From: a virus
Strand: one strand, 5' to 3'
Length of the DNA stretch: 64,000 nucleotides
Virus genome (UHGV): UHGV-0332176
This document shows, piece by piece, positions 36,177 through 46,422 of the stretch (its first letter is position 1; every line of letters starts with the position of its first letter). A program made the position numbers and the translations under genes. The notes below the pieces were generated by a model, which searched no databases, was not told the origin of the DNA, and saw only the letters and a program-made list of their open reading frames with translations.

Positions 36177-37933
36177 TATTCACCCCAATCTACTATTGTT
36201 GCCGCAATATATGTTTTTAAAATTTTGTACATTTCCATCCAATATGTTGTATTTGTTAATTCTGTTCCTGCTGGAATATTATCTTGTAATCCTAAATAAC
36301 CATATTGAGCTGTACTATCTTCATATGTTACAAAATCACTAGCAATATATGCTTTACTTGAATCCCAATCACCTTTAGGATTAATACCTTTACCACTTGT
36401 AATATTTACTGGAGTTGGGTTTTCTAAACCACCATCATTTGTCCAAGATAATGTATAACCATTTTCCATAGGAGTTAATTCTGGAGTAAATGTTATACCT
36501 TCTGTACCAATATTAAGATTGTAAAAATATTTTAAATCTACTAATGTTCCAGCAGTTAATCCAGAAACTAATGTAACTGTTTTTTTATCTGTTCCTAATG
36601 TATAAGCTGCAGAAGTCAATTCTGTATTTCCAACATTTACTGATAAAACAGATTTATCATAAATCTCGTGAGAAGCTACAAAAGTTGTTTGTCCTTCTGT
36701 GGCTGTAAATGATTCAACAATTCTTTGTGCATAGTTAGTATAAATGGAAATAGTTTCTGGATTTTCTAATTCTTTATTATTAGTAAAAGAAATTGTAGCT
36801 TCGTGAGCATCTTGAGTTGTATGTGGTGTATAAGTTACACCGTCAGAAATAATAACGTTTTCTGGATTTGGTAAACCAACATCATTTGTCCAAGATAATG
36901 TAGTATCTAATCCAACTTTAGTTTGTGATGGAGTAAAAGTCGCACCATCTTTAATAACAACATTTTCTGGATTATCTAAATTTCCATTGTTTGTCCAAGA
37001 TAATGTAGTTTCTGTACCTGTTTTAGATTGTGAAGGAACAAAAGTTACACCATCATAAATATGAGAATCAGCAGGATTTTCTAAACCGCCATCATTTGTC
37101 CAAGACAATGTAGTATCTCTATCAACTTTATTAATATGAGGTGTATAAGTTGCACCAACTTGAACTTCTAAATTATTAAACCAAGATAATTGAACTCTTG
37201 TACCAACAGGAACAGCATTTTTTAATATAACTGTATCTAATGTTTCATTTAAATCCCATTCAGAATTCATAATAACACTATTTTCAATATTAACAGTTAT
37301 TAAATCTTTTTTAAGAACTTTTTCTCCTAATGGAAATTCAGTTGTACTTTCTTCAGTTGTCGTAAATGATTTAGAAACAACTTGTGATACATTAGTTGGA
37401 ATAATCATATTACCATAAACAATTACTTCAATATTTGTTCCTGGTTCTATTGGTTCATTAAAAGTAAGTGTTTTACCATCATCAGCTAATGTATAGTTAT
37501 TAGATTGCAATAAAAGGTTATTAATGTTAACTGATAATGATTCTTTATTAGCAACAGCATCATCTAATACCACAGATGTAATTTCATTTACTGGGTCATA
37601 AAAGAATTTAGAAGTCTTAAAATAACCTGCTAATAATTGCCATTTATTAAAATCAAATGGTTCTTGTGCTACGTGTTCTTGACGACATTGAAATAAACTA
37701 TTGTTATAAGAAACAATATCTCCTACACGATATGTAACACCTGGTGTCCATATAGTTGATGTATTTTCACCACCAGAACCACCACCAATGTCTTGTGCAA
37801 CTTCATCAGGTGTTAAATATTGAGCTAATCCATCTTGACTAATTTTAATATAAGTATTTGGATTATCTTTAAATGGTGATTGAAATTCATCAATCATACT
37901 TGTTGTAATTTTTATATTTGGTGTTCCAACCAT
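36176..37933 (-). CDS. tail fibre protein with a CBM5/12-like motif and about five tandem 33-aa repeats of TLSWTN(D/N)GxLxNP
   Basis: WTPGVTYRVGDIVSYNNSLFQCRQEHVAQEPFDFNKW. The repeats run from DTTLSWTNDGGLENP to TISFTNNKELENP. Confidence 0.7.
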   Translation of the reverse strand: MVGTPNIKITTSMIDEFQSPFKDNPNTYIKISQDGLAQYLTPDEVAQDIGGGSGGENTSTIWTPGVTYRVGDIVSYNNSLFQCRQEHVAQEPFDFNKWQLLAGYFKTSKFFYDPVNEITSVVLDDAVANKESLSVNINNLLLQSNNYTLADDGKTLTFNEPIEPGTNIEVIVYGNMIIPTNVSQVVSKSFTTTEESTTEFPLGEKVLKKDLITVNIENSVIMNSEWDLNETLDTVILKNAVPVGTRVQLSWFNNLEVQVGATYTPHINKVDRDTTLSWTNDGGLENPADSHIYDGVTFVPSQSKTGTETTLSWTNNGNLDNPENVVIKDGATFTPSQTKVGLDTTLSWTNDVGLPNPENVIISDGVTYTPHTTQDAHEATISFTNNKELENPETISIYTNYAQRIVESFTATEGQTTFVASHEIYDKSVLSVNVGNTELTSAAYTLGTDKKTVTLVSGLTAGTLVDLKYFYNLNIGTEGITFTPELTPMENGYTLSWTNDGGLENPTPVNITSGKGINPKGDWDSSKAYIASDFVTYEDSTAQYGYLGLQDNIPAGTELTNTTYWMEMYKILKTYIAATIVDWGE

Positions 37934-37996
37934 TTTAAAATTCCTTATATCTTTGTATATAAGATATTTATAAAAATTCCAACCTCTAAATTAATG

Positions 37997-38023
37997 TTTG
38001 TTCTTATTTATTAAATAAGAACA
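37997..38023. promoter_or_regulatory. 13-bp perfect palindrome ttgttcttattta-tt-aaataagaacaa with the core TTATTTATTAAATAA, upstream of the collar gene
   Basis: Seen directly. The same core recurs at 38562-38590 and 45769-45797. Confidence 0.45.
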
Positions 38024-38034
38024 AAGGGGTTATT

Positions 38035-38559
38035 ATGAATGATATTAGTAAAATTAAGAGTAATAGAATTGATGATGGAATAAAACCTGGTGATTTATGT
38101 TATTCATTAAGAACAGAAAAAGAAGGATGGTTATTATGTGATGGAACAAGTTATTCAACAACTGATTATCCTGATTTATTTACTGTAATTGGTTATACAT
38201 TTGGTGGAAGTAATTCTCAATTTAATGTGCCTAATTGTTCTGGTAAATTTTTACAAATGGATACATCTAAAACCATAGGACAAAATATTGAAGCTGGTCT
38301 TCCAAATATTGATATGAGTGCATCATTTTATTTAATAGAAGCTCACGGTAGATTTATTGGCTTATCTAATAATACAGGTTCAGTATATGGTGAAGATGCA
38401 GGTGCAATAGAAAATGCTAATGGTGGTGGTGATGTTGGCAGTAATGCTCCAAGAAAAATTCATATAAATGGTAATTTAAATTCATATAATACAATTTATG
38501 GTAATTCAAACACAGTACAACCACCAGCTATAATTGTTAACTATTTTATCAAATATTAA
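38035..38559 (+). CDS. phage tail-collar domain protein
   Basis: LCDGTSYSTTDYPDLFTVIGYTFGG collar signature. About 120 nt are near-identical to 45821-46336. Confidence 0.65.
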   Translation: MNDISKIKSNRIDDGIKPGDLCYSLRTEKEGWLLCDGTSYSTTDYPDLFTVIGYTFGGSNSQFNVPNCSGKFLQMDTSKTIGQNIEAGLPNIDMSASFYLIEAHGRFIGLSNNTGSVYGEDAGAIENANGGGDVGSNAPRKIHINGNLNSYNTIYGNSNTVQPPAIIVNYFIKY

Positions 38560-38561
38560 GT

Positions 38562-38590
38562 TTATTTCTATTTATTAAATAGAAATAAAG
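38562..38590. promoter_or_regulatory. palindrome tttatttctattta-tt-aaatagaaataaa sharing the ATTTATTAAAT core
   Basis: Seen directly, about 9 nt before the start of 38599. Confidence 0.4.
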
Positions 38591-38598
38591 GATAAAAT

Positions 38599-39003
38599 AT
38601 GACAGATACAAGTAAATTACCTATTTCACGTGTTGATGAATTAATTGATAAATTAGATGAAATTAATATTAAATTAACCAATTTAGAAAATTCTCGTAGA
38701 ATTATTGAAACCTGGTCAGAAGGAACTGAATGGTATCGTGTGTGGTCAGATGGTTGGATTGAACAAGGTGGAACAACTGGATTAATAACATCAAGTGATG
38801 GTTATACAGCAACAACAATTCAATTTAAAAAATCATTTATTAATACAAATTATACTTTTACATCTTGTGCAAATAAATATTCATCTCAAAATGGATTAGG
38901 AACTGCTTATCCACCATTTATTTTTACAAAAAATAATAATTCAGTTATAATTGGAAAATATTCTTGGACAGATGGTTTAGATTGGTATGCTTGTGGATAT
39001 TAA
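38599..39003 (+). CDS. short tail-fibre-like protein: N-terminus DTSKLPISRVD shared with 15411, C-terminal WSDGW..Q...GY module shared with the fibres at 39000-42473
   Basis: Paralogy in the translations. Confidence 0.55.
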   Translation: MTDTSKLPISRVDELIDKLDEINIKLTNLENSRRIIETWSEGTEWYRVWSDGWIEQGGTTGLITSSDGYTATTIQFKKSFINTNYTFTSCANKYSSQNGLGTAYPPFIFTKNNNSVIIGKYSWTDGLDWYACGY

Positions 39004-40283
39004 TATCCTTCAGCTTGCCAATAACCAGCTGTAATAGTCATACCAGTTGTTGTAATATTTGTTGCTCCAACAGTTGTTGTTACTGGTATATTTTCAAAAG
39101 CAACAGGAAATACTGGATTAACATTATTACCCCATTGTTCTTTCCAACCATCTGAATAAATTCTATAACCAATAGTTCCAAGAGATTCTGCAATTATAAA
39201 ATGATTTTCAAAACTTTCAATCAAATCTTCGGTTGGAAAATAAGAACTTAATTGTGATGATGTAGCTTTAAATCTACCAATCCATTTACTTTTATTTGTA
39301 GGTTCAACGTTAGTATAAATAAAATCATTAACAACAAAATCATAATAAACATTATATGTTACATTTATACCTAAAGATTGTGTATTAAAATATTCAATTT
39401 TCATATATCCTGATGAACCAGCATAAGCAACTGTATTACTACCAGCGGTATTTGAATCACCACCTTTTCCATAATTTTCAAATATAGGTGTTCCACCATT
39501 TTTATAACCGCCATTTGCTCCATAACCACCAGAAACACCATTTAAATTAAATACTTCTTCTTCAATTGTGAAATTTGTAACTGTTGTTAATCCACCTGTT
39601 TTTGCAGCTTCTGCTCCACTTCTCCACCAAGAGTGTCCACCAAAACCACCAGGTGTAGAGATAATTTCATTATCAGATAATTTAAATATTGTACTTCCAC
39701 CTGTACCACCAGTTGCATTCATATCTAATCCATAACGAGCTTCACCGCCAGCACCAACAGTTAATGTATAATCTCCTTCAGCTAAGAAAAGTTTACATTG
39801 ATATGCTGAACCAGATGCACCTGCTGATGATGCAGATGAATTACTTGATTGTGTTCCTGCACCACCACCGCCAGCACCAACTAATGTAATAATATAAAAT
39901 CCAGATGGTAAAAATTTTTGTATTGTTTGAGGTACATCACTTTCAAATAAAATTTCACCAGAAGTTAAATCAATTTCACTTTCATCAGCAAATTTAAGAG
40001 TTTTTGTAGTTGGCTTATTAAAAACATATAATTTATTATCTTCTGTATCAAAAAATGAACCTTCATTAATAATTAATCTATTTCCATAATTTTTTAAAGT
40101 TAAACCATTAATATATTCTCTTAAATTCATTAATGAACTTAAACTATCTTGTGAAATATAATCAATAGTTTTATTATTAACAAATGTTGCAATATAATCA
40201 GGATTATTAAAAGGATTAATTTTTAATTCTAATCTATCATTTGATACTTTTATACTCATTTTTAATAACCTTTCGCAAACCAA
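39000..40283 (-). CDS. tail fibre protein with a Gly-rich central region and a shared C-terminal module GYRIYSDGWKEQWGNNVNPVFPVAF.NIP...GAT..T.TGMTI.AGYW.AEGY
   Basis: The C-terminal module is nearly identical in 40262-41302 and 41289-42473. Confidence 0.7.
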   Translation of the reverse strand: MVCERLLKMSIKVSNDRLELKINPFNNPDYIATFVNNKTIDYISQDSLSSLMNLREYINGLTLKNYGNRLIINEGSFFDTEDNKLYVFNKPTTKTLKFADESEIDLTSGEILFESDVPQTIQKFLPSGFYIITLVGAGGGGAGTQSSNSSASSAGASGSAYQCKLFLAEGDYTLTVGAGGEARYGLDMNATGGTGGSTIFKLSDNEIISTPGGFGGHSWWRSGAEAAKTGGLTTVTNFTIEEEVFNLNGVSGGYGANGGYKNGGTPIFENYGKGGDSNTAGSNTVAYAGSSGYMKIEYFNTQSLGINVTYNVYYDFVVNDFIYTNVEPTNKSKWIGRFKATSSQLSSYFPTEDLIESFENHFIIAESLGTIGYRIYSDGWKEQWGNNVNPVFPVAFENIPVTTTVGATNITTTGMTITAGYWQAEGY

Positions 40284-41302
40284 TAACCAGCAGCAATTGT
40301 CATTCCAGTACGAGTTACTGCTGTTGCTCCTCTAACAACAGATAAAGGTATTTCATTAAATGCTACTGGAAAAACAGGATTTACTAAATTCCCCCATTGT
40401 TCTTTCCAACCATCTGAATAAATTCTATAACCTGTTGTACCTGATTGTTCTTTAATTATATATCTGCTTTGATATGATGAAGCTAAATCTTCCATTGGAT
40501 AATAACGAATAATATTATCAGCATTATCAGAAGCAGTTATAAAATCACCGATTTTTTTACATTTTAATTTATTATGAAATATATTACCAAATTCATTTCC
40601 ATAAGTAATAAAAAATTCTTTATTTTCATTTAACCAAATTTCATATTTCATTAAAGGATAATGAGTTGACCACGCTGTTGTTAAATCAATTATTGTATCA
40701 TTTTCAAACTCAATAAATTTTTTATCTAAAATTTTTTTTAAATGATAACCTGTTTCAATTGGTATATAATATAATAATGTATCACCTTCATTCATTATTG
40801 GTTTATCAGCATAACTAGAAATAATCATATCAAATTCATTCATATAATTTTTAATATGACAAAGATAATGTTTTAATGTTGTTCCAGATGAAGAATCAAT
40901 TCCACCTGCTCCATTTGTATTATATAATAAAGTTGAATATCTTGTTTCATAATTTCCAATATTTAAATCCATTGGTTGAAATTGATATGTAGATGTAATA
41001 TCCCATAATGGATATTTTAAATGAAAATCTTGCTTTTTTGTTTGATTATTATGAAGAAAATAGTCACATATTTTGTCTAAATATGTATAACCTTTTTTAA
41101 TAATTAATTGATTTCCAGAAATTTTTAATGTTAATCCTTTTGAAGAATTTGACAAATTATATTTTTCTGAAATATTAATTGGATTAATAAAAGTTAAATC
41201 GGTTGCATTTTCATTAACTTTTAAAATTCCATTTTCATTAGTTGGAATTGAGCGTTCAAATCTATTAATTTTTACTTTATTAGTCATATTAATATCCTTC
41301 AA
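40262..41302 (-). CDS. tail fibre protein, same C-terminal module
   Basis: C-terminal GYRIYSDGWKEQWGNLVNPVFPVAFNEIP... Confidence 0.7.
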   Translation of the reverse strand: MKDINMTNKVKINRFERSIPTNENGILKVNENATDLTFINPINISEKYNLSNSSKGLTLKISGNQLIIKKGYTYLDKICDYFLHNNQTKKQDFHLKYPLWDITSTYQFQPMDLNIGNYETRYSTLLYNTNGAGGIDSSSGTTLKHYLCHIKNYMNEFDMIISSYADKPIMNEGDTLLYYIPIETGYHLKKILDKKFIEFENDTIIDLTTAWSTHYPLMKYEIWLNENKEFFITYGNEFGNIFHNKLKCKKIGDFITASDNADNIIRYYPMEDLASSYQSRYIIKEQSGTTGYRIYSDGWKEQWGNLVNPVFPVAFNEIPLSVVRGATAVTRTGMTIAAGYWFAKGY

Positions 41303-42473
41303 CTTTCCAATTTCTTGCTGTAATTGTCATTCCAGTTGTTGTTACATTTGTTGCATCTCTTTCAACAATTTGTGGAATATTTGTAAAAGCTACTGGAAAT
41401 GTTGGATTAGCATTATTACCCCATTGAATTTTCCATCCATCTGAATAAATTCTATAACCAATTGTTTCTAATGATTCAGCAATAACATTTCCGTGAGAAA
41501 ATGCTTCTGTTAAAGTTAATGTTGGATAATAATAATTAGTTATATTCATATTATTAACATTAAAAAATCCTATTTTTGCAAATTCTGTATATCCATCTGG
41601 TAATGTTGGTATTTCATCAATAGAAGTTAAAATTTTACTTTCACCGTTATCATTACCAATTGCAAAAATATTATAATATTGACTTGGAATTCTATAATCG
41701 TGATAATATGCAACAATAATAAAACGACTAATTCCTATTAATCCTGCTGCTCTATTTGATAACAATCCATTATATCTAAAATAAGAATATTCTTTTAAAG
41801 TTTCTTTAGCTTGATATTCATTAATTGCATTTGCTGCTGTATTAGGAACTATATCTTTATTATTAACTGAAACTAATGTATCCCAATTTATTCCATCTTG
41901 AGATGCTAAAATATCAAATACAATTCCGCAAGAAGTTGCTTCATTTCTATTTTGAATAACAAATTTTTCAACTCTAACTGGAAAAGGTATTTTAATTTGT
42001 AACCAATGTGGATAAGCTGTATTATTTAATGATGCCCACGCATCTGATTCTGATGAATTTGTTCCATTAAATGCTTTCCAAGCATCATATGTTGTACTTG
42101 TTATATCACTTGCCGATGCTTCACAATTATTACTAATATTACTTGTTAATATTGGTTGATTCCATAAACGTTCAGTTATTTTATCAGCTGTACCACCATC
42201 ATTAATACTTTTACTTACATCAAATGTCCCACCAGTAAAATTAATCATTTTATTATTTTGGCTTAATACAGAACCATTTGTTATAGTAATGGTTGTTCCA
42301 TTAATAGCAGTAATTTTAAATGAATTAACTGTATTATCAATATACATTAAATTGGATATTTTTGTTTTATCTATATATGATATGTCATTTGAATTGTTCA
42401 CAATTAGTTTTCCAACATTATTTTCTAATGCAGGTAATTTTTCAACTAATCTTGAAATCTTTATTTTATCCAT
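41289..42473 (-). CDS. tail fibre protein with a discoidin-like domain and the shared C-terminal module
   Basis: YDAWKAFNGTNSSESDAWASLNNTAYPHWLQIKIPFPVRVEKFVIQNR. C-terminal GYRIYSDGWKIQWGNNANPTFPVAF... Confidence 0.7.
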   Translation of the reverse strand: MDKIKISRLVEKLPALENNVGKLIVNNSNDISYIDKTKISNLMYIDNTVNSFKITAINGTTITITNGSVLSQNNKMINFTGGTFDVSKSINDGGTADKITERLWNQPILTSNISNNCEASASDITSTTYDAWKAFNGTNSSESDAWASLNNTAYPHWLQIKIPFPVRVEKFVIQNRNEATSCGIVFDILASQDGINWDTLVSVNNKDIVPNTAANAINEYQAKETLKEYSYFRYNGLLSNRAAGLIGISRFIIVAYYHDYRIPSQYYNIFAIGNDNGESKILTSIDEIPTLPDGYTEFAKIGFFNVNNMNITNYYYPTLTLTEAFSHGNVIAESLETIGYRIYSDGWKIQWGNNANPTFPVAFTNIPQIVERDATNVTTTGMTITARNWKVEGY

Positions 42474-42481
42474 AAAAAACC

Positions 42482-42949
42482 TTATAATTTTGCTAATTCA
42501 TTTCGTTTATGTTGATATGCTTTTTCATAAATTTCTGCTAAAAATTTTGTTAAATCTGTTAATTCTTTTTTTGTCATTTTTTTACTATTTTCTATTGTTC
42601 CACTAACATCCCAAATAGTTAATGTCATATCATCATCTAAATATTTTTGTAATAAAGTATAATATTGTTGAGAATATTCTGGTTCATAATACAATCCATT
42701 AGTATATTTAACAGGTGTTGTAATTGCAAATTGAAACCAATCTTCAATTTCTTGAATTTTCTTATTTGTTTCTTCATCTAAATTAATATTTGTATATGGA
42801 TAACCATCTTCAGTTTCTTGAAGAATATAACCTTTACTCATATCTTCACAAATTTTCTTATGTTGTTCTTCAGTAATTTCAACAGCACCATCAGGAATAT
42901 ATGTATTAATTCCTTCAAAATAAAAACCTTTTTTATAAAATATTCTCAT
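42482..42949 (-). CDS. hypothetical protein between fibre genes, possibly a chaperone or assembly factor
   Basis: 155-aa ORF. Confidence 0.45.
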   Translation of the reverse strand: MRIFYKKGFYFEGINTYIPDGAVEITEEQHKKICEDMSKGYILQETEDGYPYTNINLDEETNKKIQEIEDWFQFAITTPVKYTNGLYYEPEYSQQYYTLLQKYLDDDMTLTIWDVSGTIENSKKMTKKELTDLTKFLAEIYEKAYQHKRNELAKL

Positions 42950-42950
42950 A

Positions 42951-45707
42951 TTAATAACCTTTCGCTATCCAATTAACTGGGTCTGTAATATTTGTATCAA
43001 TAGTAAAACCCGTTTTATCAAAAGTCAAAATTTTTACACCATTTGCCATTACATATAAAGTTTTATTTATAAATGCTTCTGGAAAAGTAATAACTCCTGA
43101 AACTGGTGTAGAAGTTCCCCATTGTTCAATAATTTTTGTTGCAAATTTATTTTCATCTTCTACCCAATTTTCAATTTTATTAGAATATAAAATACCACCA
43201 AAGCCACCACTTTGAGCAATTGTATTTAAATCTTGAGTTGGGTAATTATCATATAAATGCCATTCATTATTACTTATAAATGACCCAATTTTTGCATATT
43301 TTGTATAACCAGATGGTAATACAGGTATTTCTTTTGTATCTGTACCAATATCTACAATACTACCATCATCATTACCAATTACAAATACATTAAATTTAGT
43401 ATTACGTTTCATACTATTTGAAAAAGTTGCTACAATATCAATTTCATTTGCACCAACAGCAATACCATATGAATTTTTAATTGTAATACCAATTGTTTTA
43501 TCTATTTGTGGAGTTGGAATTTCTACGTGTGAATGACCATAATCTTCATTTAATGCAGTAAATGAAGCTACAACATTACTTGGTTCACGAACCCAAATAT
43601 CAATATCTTTTGAACGATTTTCTAAACCTGAACCTTGATTATAAAAATCAATTGCTGTAACTCTTAATGGATATATTGCAGTATAATACCAAGTTGCTGA
43701 TGTAACATCAGTTAACCAACCATTACCTGTTTGTTTTAATCCATCCATTGCTCTATAACCTTCACGGTCAGTTTGTGCAGATGAAGTTATAACAGTACCT
43801 AATGGTTGAGTATTACTTGTCATTACTGGTTGTAACCAAGTTTCTTGTTCATCTTCTAATGAACTACCATTATTATTTCCTGATGTAAAAGGTTTATTAG
43901 GATTCTTAGTAATAATAGAACTAATTTCTAATAAAACTGTACCTGTTGAATCCATAATTGAACCTGGTTGAATAATAATTGTATCATTAGCTTCAATTTG
44001 ATATTCAGGATATGGTTGAGATATTGTACCATAAGTAATTGATGAAGTAAAACCATTTTGTGTATTTCTTAATTTAATATCACCTGCTAAAGTTTTTGTA
44101 TCAACTAAATTAAAATCTGATGCATCTTCATTAACTTGTGGAATTTTACCAGCATTATTAGTAAATGTTGTTAAAGATTTAATATTTAAATCTTCTTTTA
44201 AAGTATCTTTAGTAATTAACTCATAACCACTTTCATCTTGTTTTACTCTTAAATATTCTAATGAATGTGATGTTGGTCTTGGTAATTCTGTATTTATTAA
44301 AGTCATATTACCAAAAATTGTTACTTCAACTCGTGCTCCGCTTTCAATATTATCAGTAAATGTAATAATTGTTCCTGTTGTATCAATATTATAATTATCA
44401 GATTGAATTAAAGTATTACCAATATTAATCATTAATGAATTTTTATCATTAACTGAAACTGGTAATGTAATAGTATTTGTTTCATTAACTATATCAAAGA
44501 AATAATTTAATTTATTATAACCTGCTAAGAGTTGCCATTTTGAATTATCAAAAGGTTCGGAAGCAATATTATCTTCAAGACAAATATACATTGCATTATC
44601 ATAAATACAAACATTTCCTTTTGCAAATGATAATCCGACTTGCCATTGTATAATATTAGCTCTTTCATCATATGTATGCAATACCATATTTCCCATAGAT
44701 AAAACTTCAATTATTACACCAGCTGGAATTGGTTTAATAAAAGTAATTGTTTTATGGTCAGGTTCTAATGTATAATTTTGAGATTGTTGTAAAATGCCCC
44801 CAGCATTAATAATTACAACTTCTTTATTAGGAATTTCATCGGTTAAAGTAATTGAAGTTGTTTCTTCAGTTGCATTATAAAAAAATTCTCTTGCTGCTGA
44901 AAAACCTGCTAAAATTTTCCATTTACTTTCATCAAATCCAACATCAGATGTATGGTCTTCAATACATTCAAATAATGCATTTTCATAAATAACAACCGTT
45001 CCTTGTGAATATTCAGTATTTGGTGTCCAGTCAACTAATGTTGCATCATTTGTACCAATAATTGTAAAATTAGGATAATCACCAGTAATAGCAATATTTT
45101 TACCAGGATTTAATGAAATAATTTGGTCAGGTTTAGTATTTGTAACAATATTATCACGAGAAATTGCAATACCATCACCAGCTGTATAACTATTATTACT
45201 TGCTGAAATTAACACATTGTTTGAATCAGGAGAATATTCAACAGTAATATTTTGATTACCTGGCTTAATATTTTGTTGAACTAAATATTTTGAACTATCA
45301 GGAAAATTAACTTTAAGAGAAACAGTATTATCAGTTTCACTAGGTGTTACTGTAATAGAATCATCAGTCGCTTTAATATCTTCTTTTGTTAAAAAATCTT
45401 CTACTGGATGGTCAGTTGTTGAAATTGTAACTTTATTAGTATCTGGGTCAGTAGTTACAGTAATATTTGCACCTGCAACAATATCTTCAGATTTCAAATT
45501 ATCTTTTGTTAAATCTTCAACATCTTCAGCTGTTAAGTGAATTGATTTATTATCAATGTGTTCTTGAACAGTTTTTTCTGTTTCAGTTGTTGTTCCAGTA
45601 ACATCTTCAACAATAGTTGCTAAAGTTTCTGGATTAATTTTTTGATAATCATCACCATTTTTAACAACTAATTCAGCAATTGTTTTATTATCTAAAATAC
45701 TAACCAT
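42951..45707 (-). CDS. large tail fibre protein with two CBM5/12-like motifs and a C-terminal discoidin-like domain
   Basis: WTPNTEYSQGTVVIYENALFECIEDHTSDVGFDESKW and WQVGLSFAKGNVCIYDNAMYICLEDNIASEPFDNSKWQ. C-terminal REGYRAMDGLKQTGNGWLTDVTSATWYYTAIYPLRVTAIDFYN. Confidence 0.7.
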   Translation of the reverse strand: MVSILDNKTIAELVVKNGDDYQKINPETLATIVEDVTGTTTETEKTVQEHIDNKSIHLTAEDVEDLTKDNLKSEDIVAGANITVTTDPDTNKVTISTTDHPVEDFLTKEDIKATDDSITVTPSETDNTVSLKVNFPDSSKYLVQQNIKPGNQNITVEYSPDSNNVLISASNNSYTAGDGIAISRDNIVTNTKPDQIISLNPGKNIAITGDYPNFTIIGTNDATLVDWTPNTEYSQGTVVIYENALFECIEDHTSDVGFDESKWKILAGFSAAREFFYNATEETTSITLTDEIPNKEVVIINAGGILQQSQNYTLEPDHKTITFIKPIPAGVIIEVLSMGNMVLHTYDERANIIQWQVGLSFAKGNVCIYDNAMYICLEDNIASEPFDNSKWQLLAGYNKLNYFFDIVNETNTITLPVSVNDKNSLMINIGNTLIQSDNYNIDTTGTIITFTDNIESGARVEVTIFGNMTLINTELPRPTSHSLEYLRVKQDESGYELITKDTLKEDLNIKSLTTFTNNAGKIPQVNEDASDFNLVDTKTLAGDIKLRNTQNGFTSSITYGTISQPYPEYQIEANDTIIIQPGSIMDSTGTVLLEISSIITKNPNKPFTSGNNNGSSLEDEQETWLQPVMTSNTQPLGTVITSSAQTDREGYRAMDGLKQTGNGWLTDVTSATWYYTAIYPLRVTAIDFYNQGSGLENRSKDIDIWVREPSNVVASFTALNEDYGHSHVEIPTPQIDKTIGITIKNSYGIAVGANEIDIVATFSNSMKRNTKFNVFVIGNDDGSIVDIGTDTKEIPVLPSGYTKYAKIGSFISNNEWHLYDNYPTQDLNTIAQSGGFGGILYSNKIENWVEDENKFATKIIEQWGTSTPVSGVITFPEAFINKTLYVMANGVKILTFDKTGFTIDTNITDPVNWIAKGY

Positions 45708-45768
45708 TTAATAATTCCTCTTGTAAATCTATAAAAGTATTTATTCACAGTTTGAAGTATTAAAAAGG

Positions 45769-45797
45769 TTTGAAGTTATTTATTAAATAACTTCAAA
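45769..45797. promoter_or_regulatory. 12-bp perfect palindrome tttgaagttatt-tatt-aaataacttcaaa with the same TTATTTATTAAATAA core, in a divergent promoter region
   Basis: Seen directly; preceded by a direct repeat gtttgaagt x2. Confidence 0.45.
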
Positions 45798-45820
45798 GGA
45801 TAAAATTTAAGGATTTAATA

Positions 45821-46336
45821 ATGGCATTATATCTCGGAAGTAATGAAGTTTCTCAAAAAGTTTTATTATTAGGTGGAAATAAAAGTGATATAGAAGTTGG
45901 TGATTTATGTTATTCATTAAGAACAGAAAAAGAAGGATGGTTATTATGTGATGGAGCAAGTTATTCAACAACTGATTATCCTGACTTATTTGCTGTAATT
46001 GGTTATACTTTTGGTGGTTCAGAAAATAATTTTAACGTTCCAAATTATAAAGGTAAATTTCTTCAAATGATTAATGATAATCAAACAATAGGTCAAAATA
46101 TTGAAGCTGGTTTGCCTAATATTACAGGTAATTTTAGTGCATATAATAATGCTGGTATAGATACTGCTAATGGGTCATTTTATTTATCTAATGCACAACA
46201 TATAAACTATGCTGGTAGGTCAGAAAGAGATACATATCTTTGTAATTTTGATGTATCTCGTTCTTCTTCAATATATGGAAAATCAAATACAGTACAACCA
46301 CCTGCTTCTATTGTTAATTATTTTATCAAATATTAG
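45821..46336 (+). CDS. phage tail-collar domain protein, paralogue of 38035-38559
   Basis: LCDGASYSTTDYPDLFAVIGYTFGG; C-terminus NTVQPPASIVNYFIKY nearly identical to 38035. Confidence 0.65.
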   Translation: MALYLGSNEVSQKVLLLGGNKSDIEVGDLCYSLRTEKEGWLLCDGASYSTTDYPDLFAVIGYTFGGSENNFNVPNYKGKFLQMINDNQTIGQNIEAGLPNITGNFSAYNNAGIDTANGSFYLSNAQHINYAGRSERDTYLCNFDVSRSSSIYGKSNTVQPPASIVNYFIKY

Positions 46337-46422
46337 CGACAAATAACGATGACACACAATTTATTAGTAATTTCAATAACTTATTTCATTTTTCGGTTAT
46401 TAAACAAATAATAATGACATAA

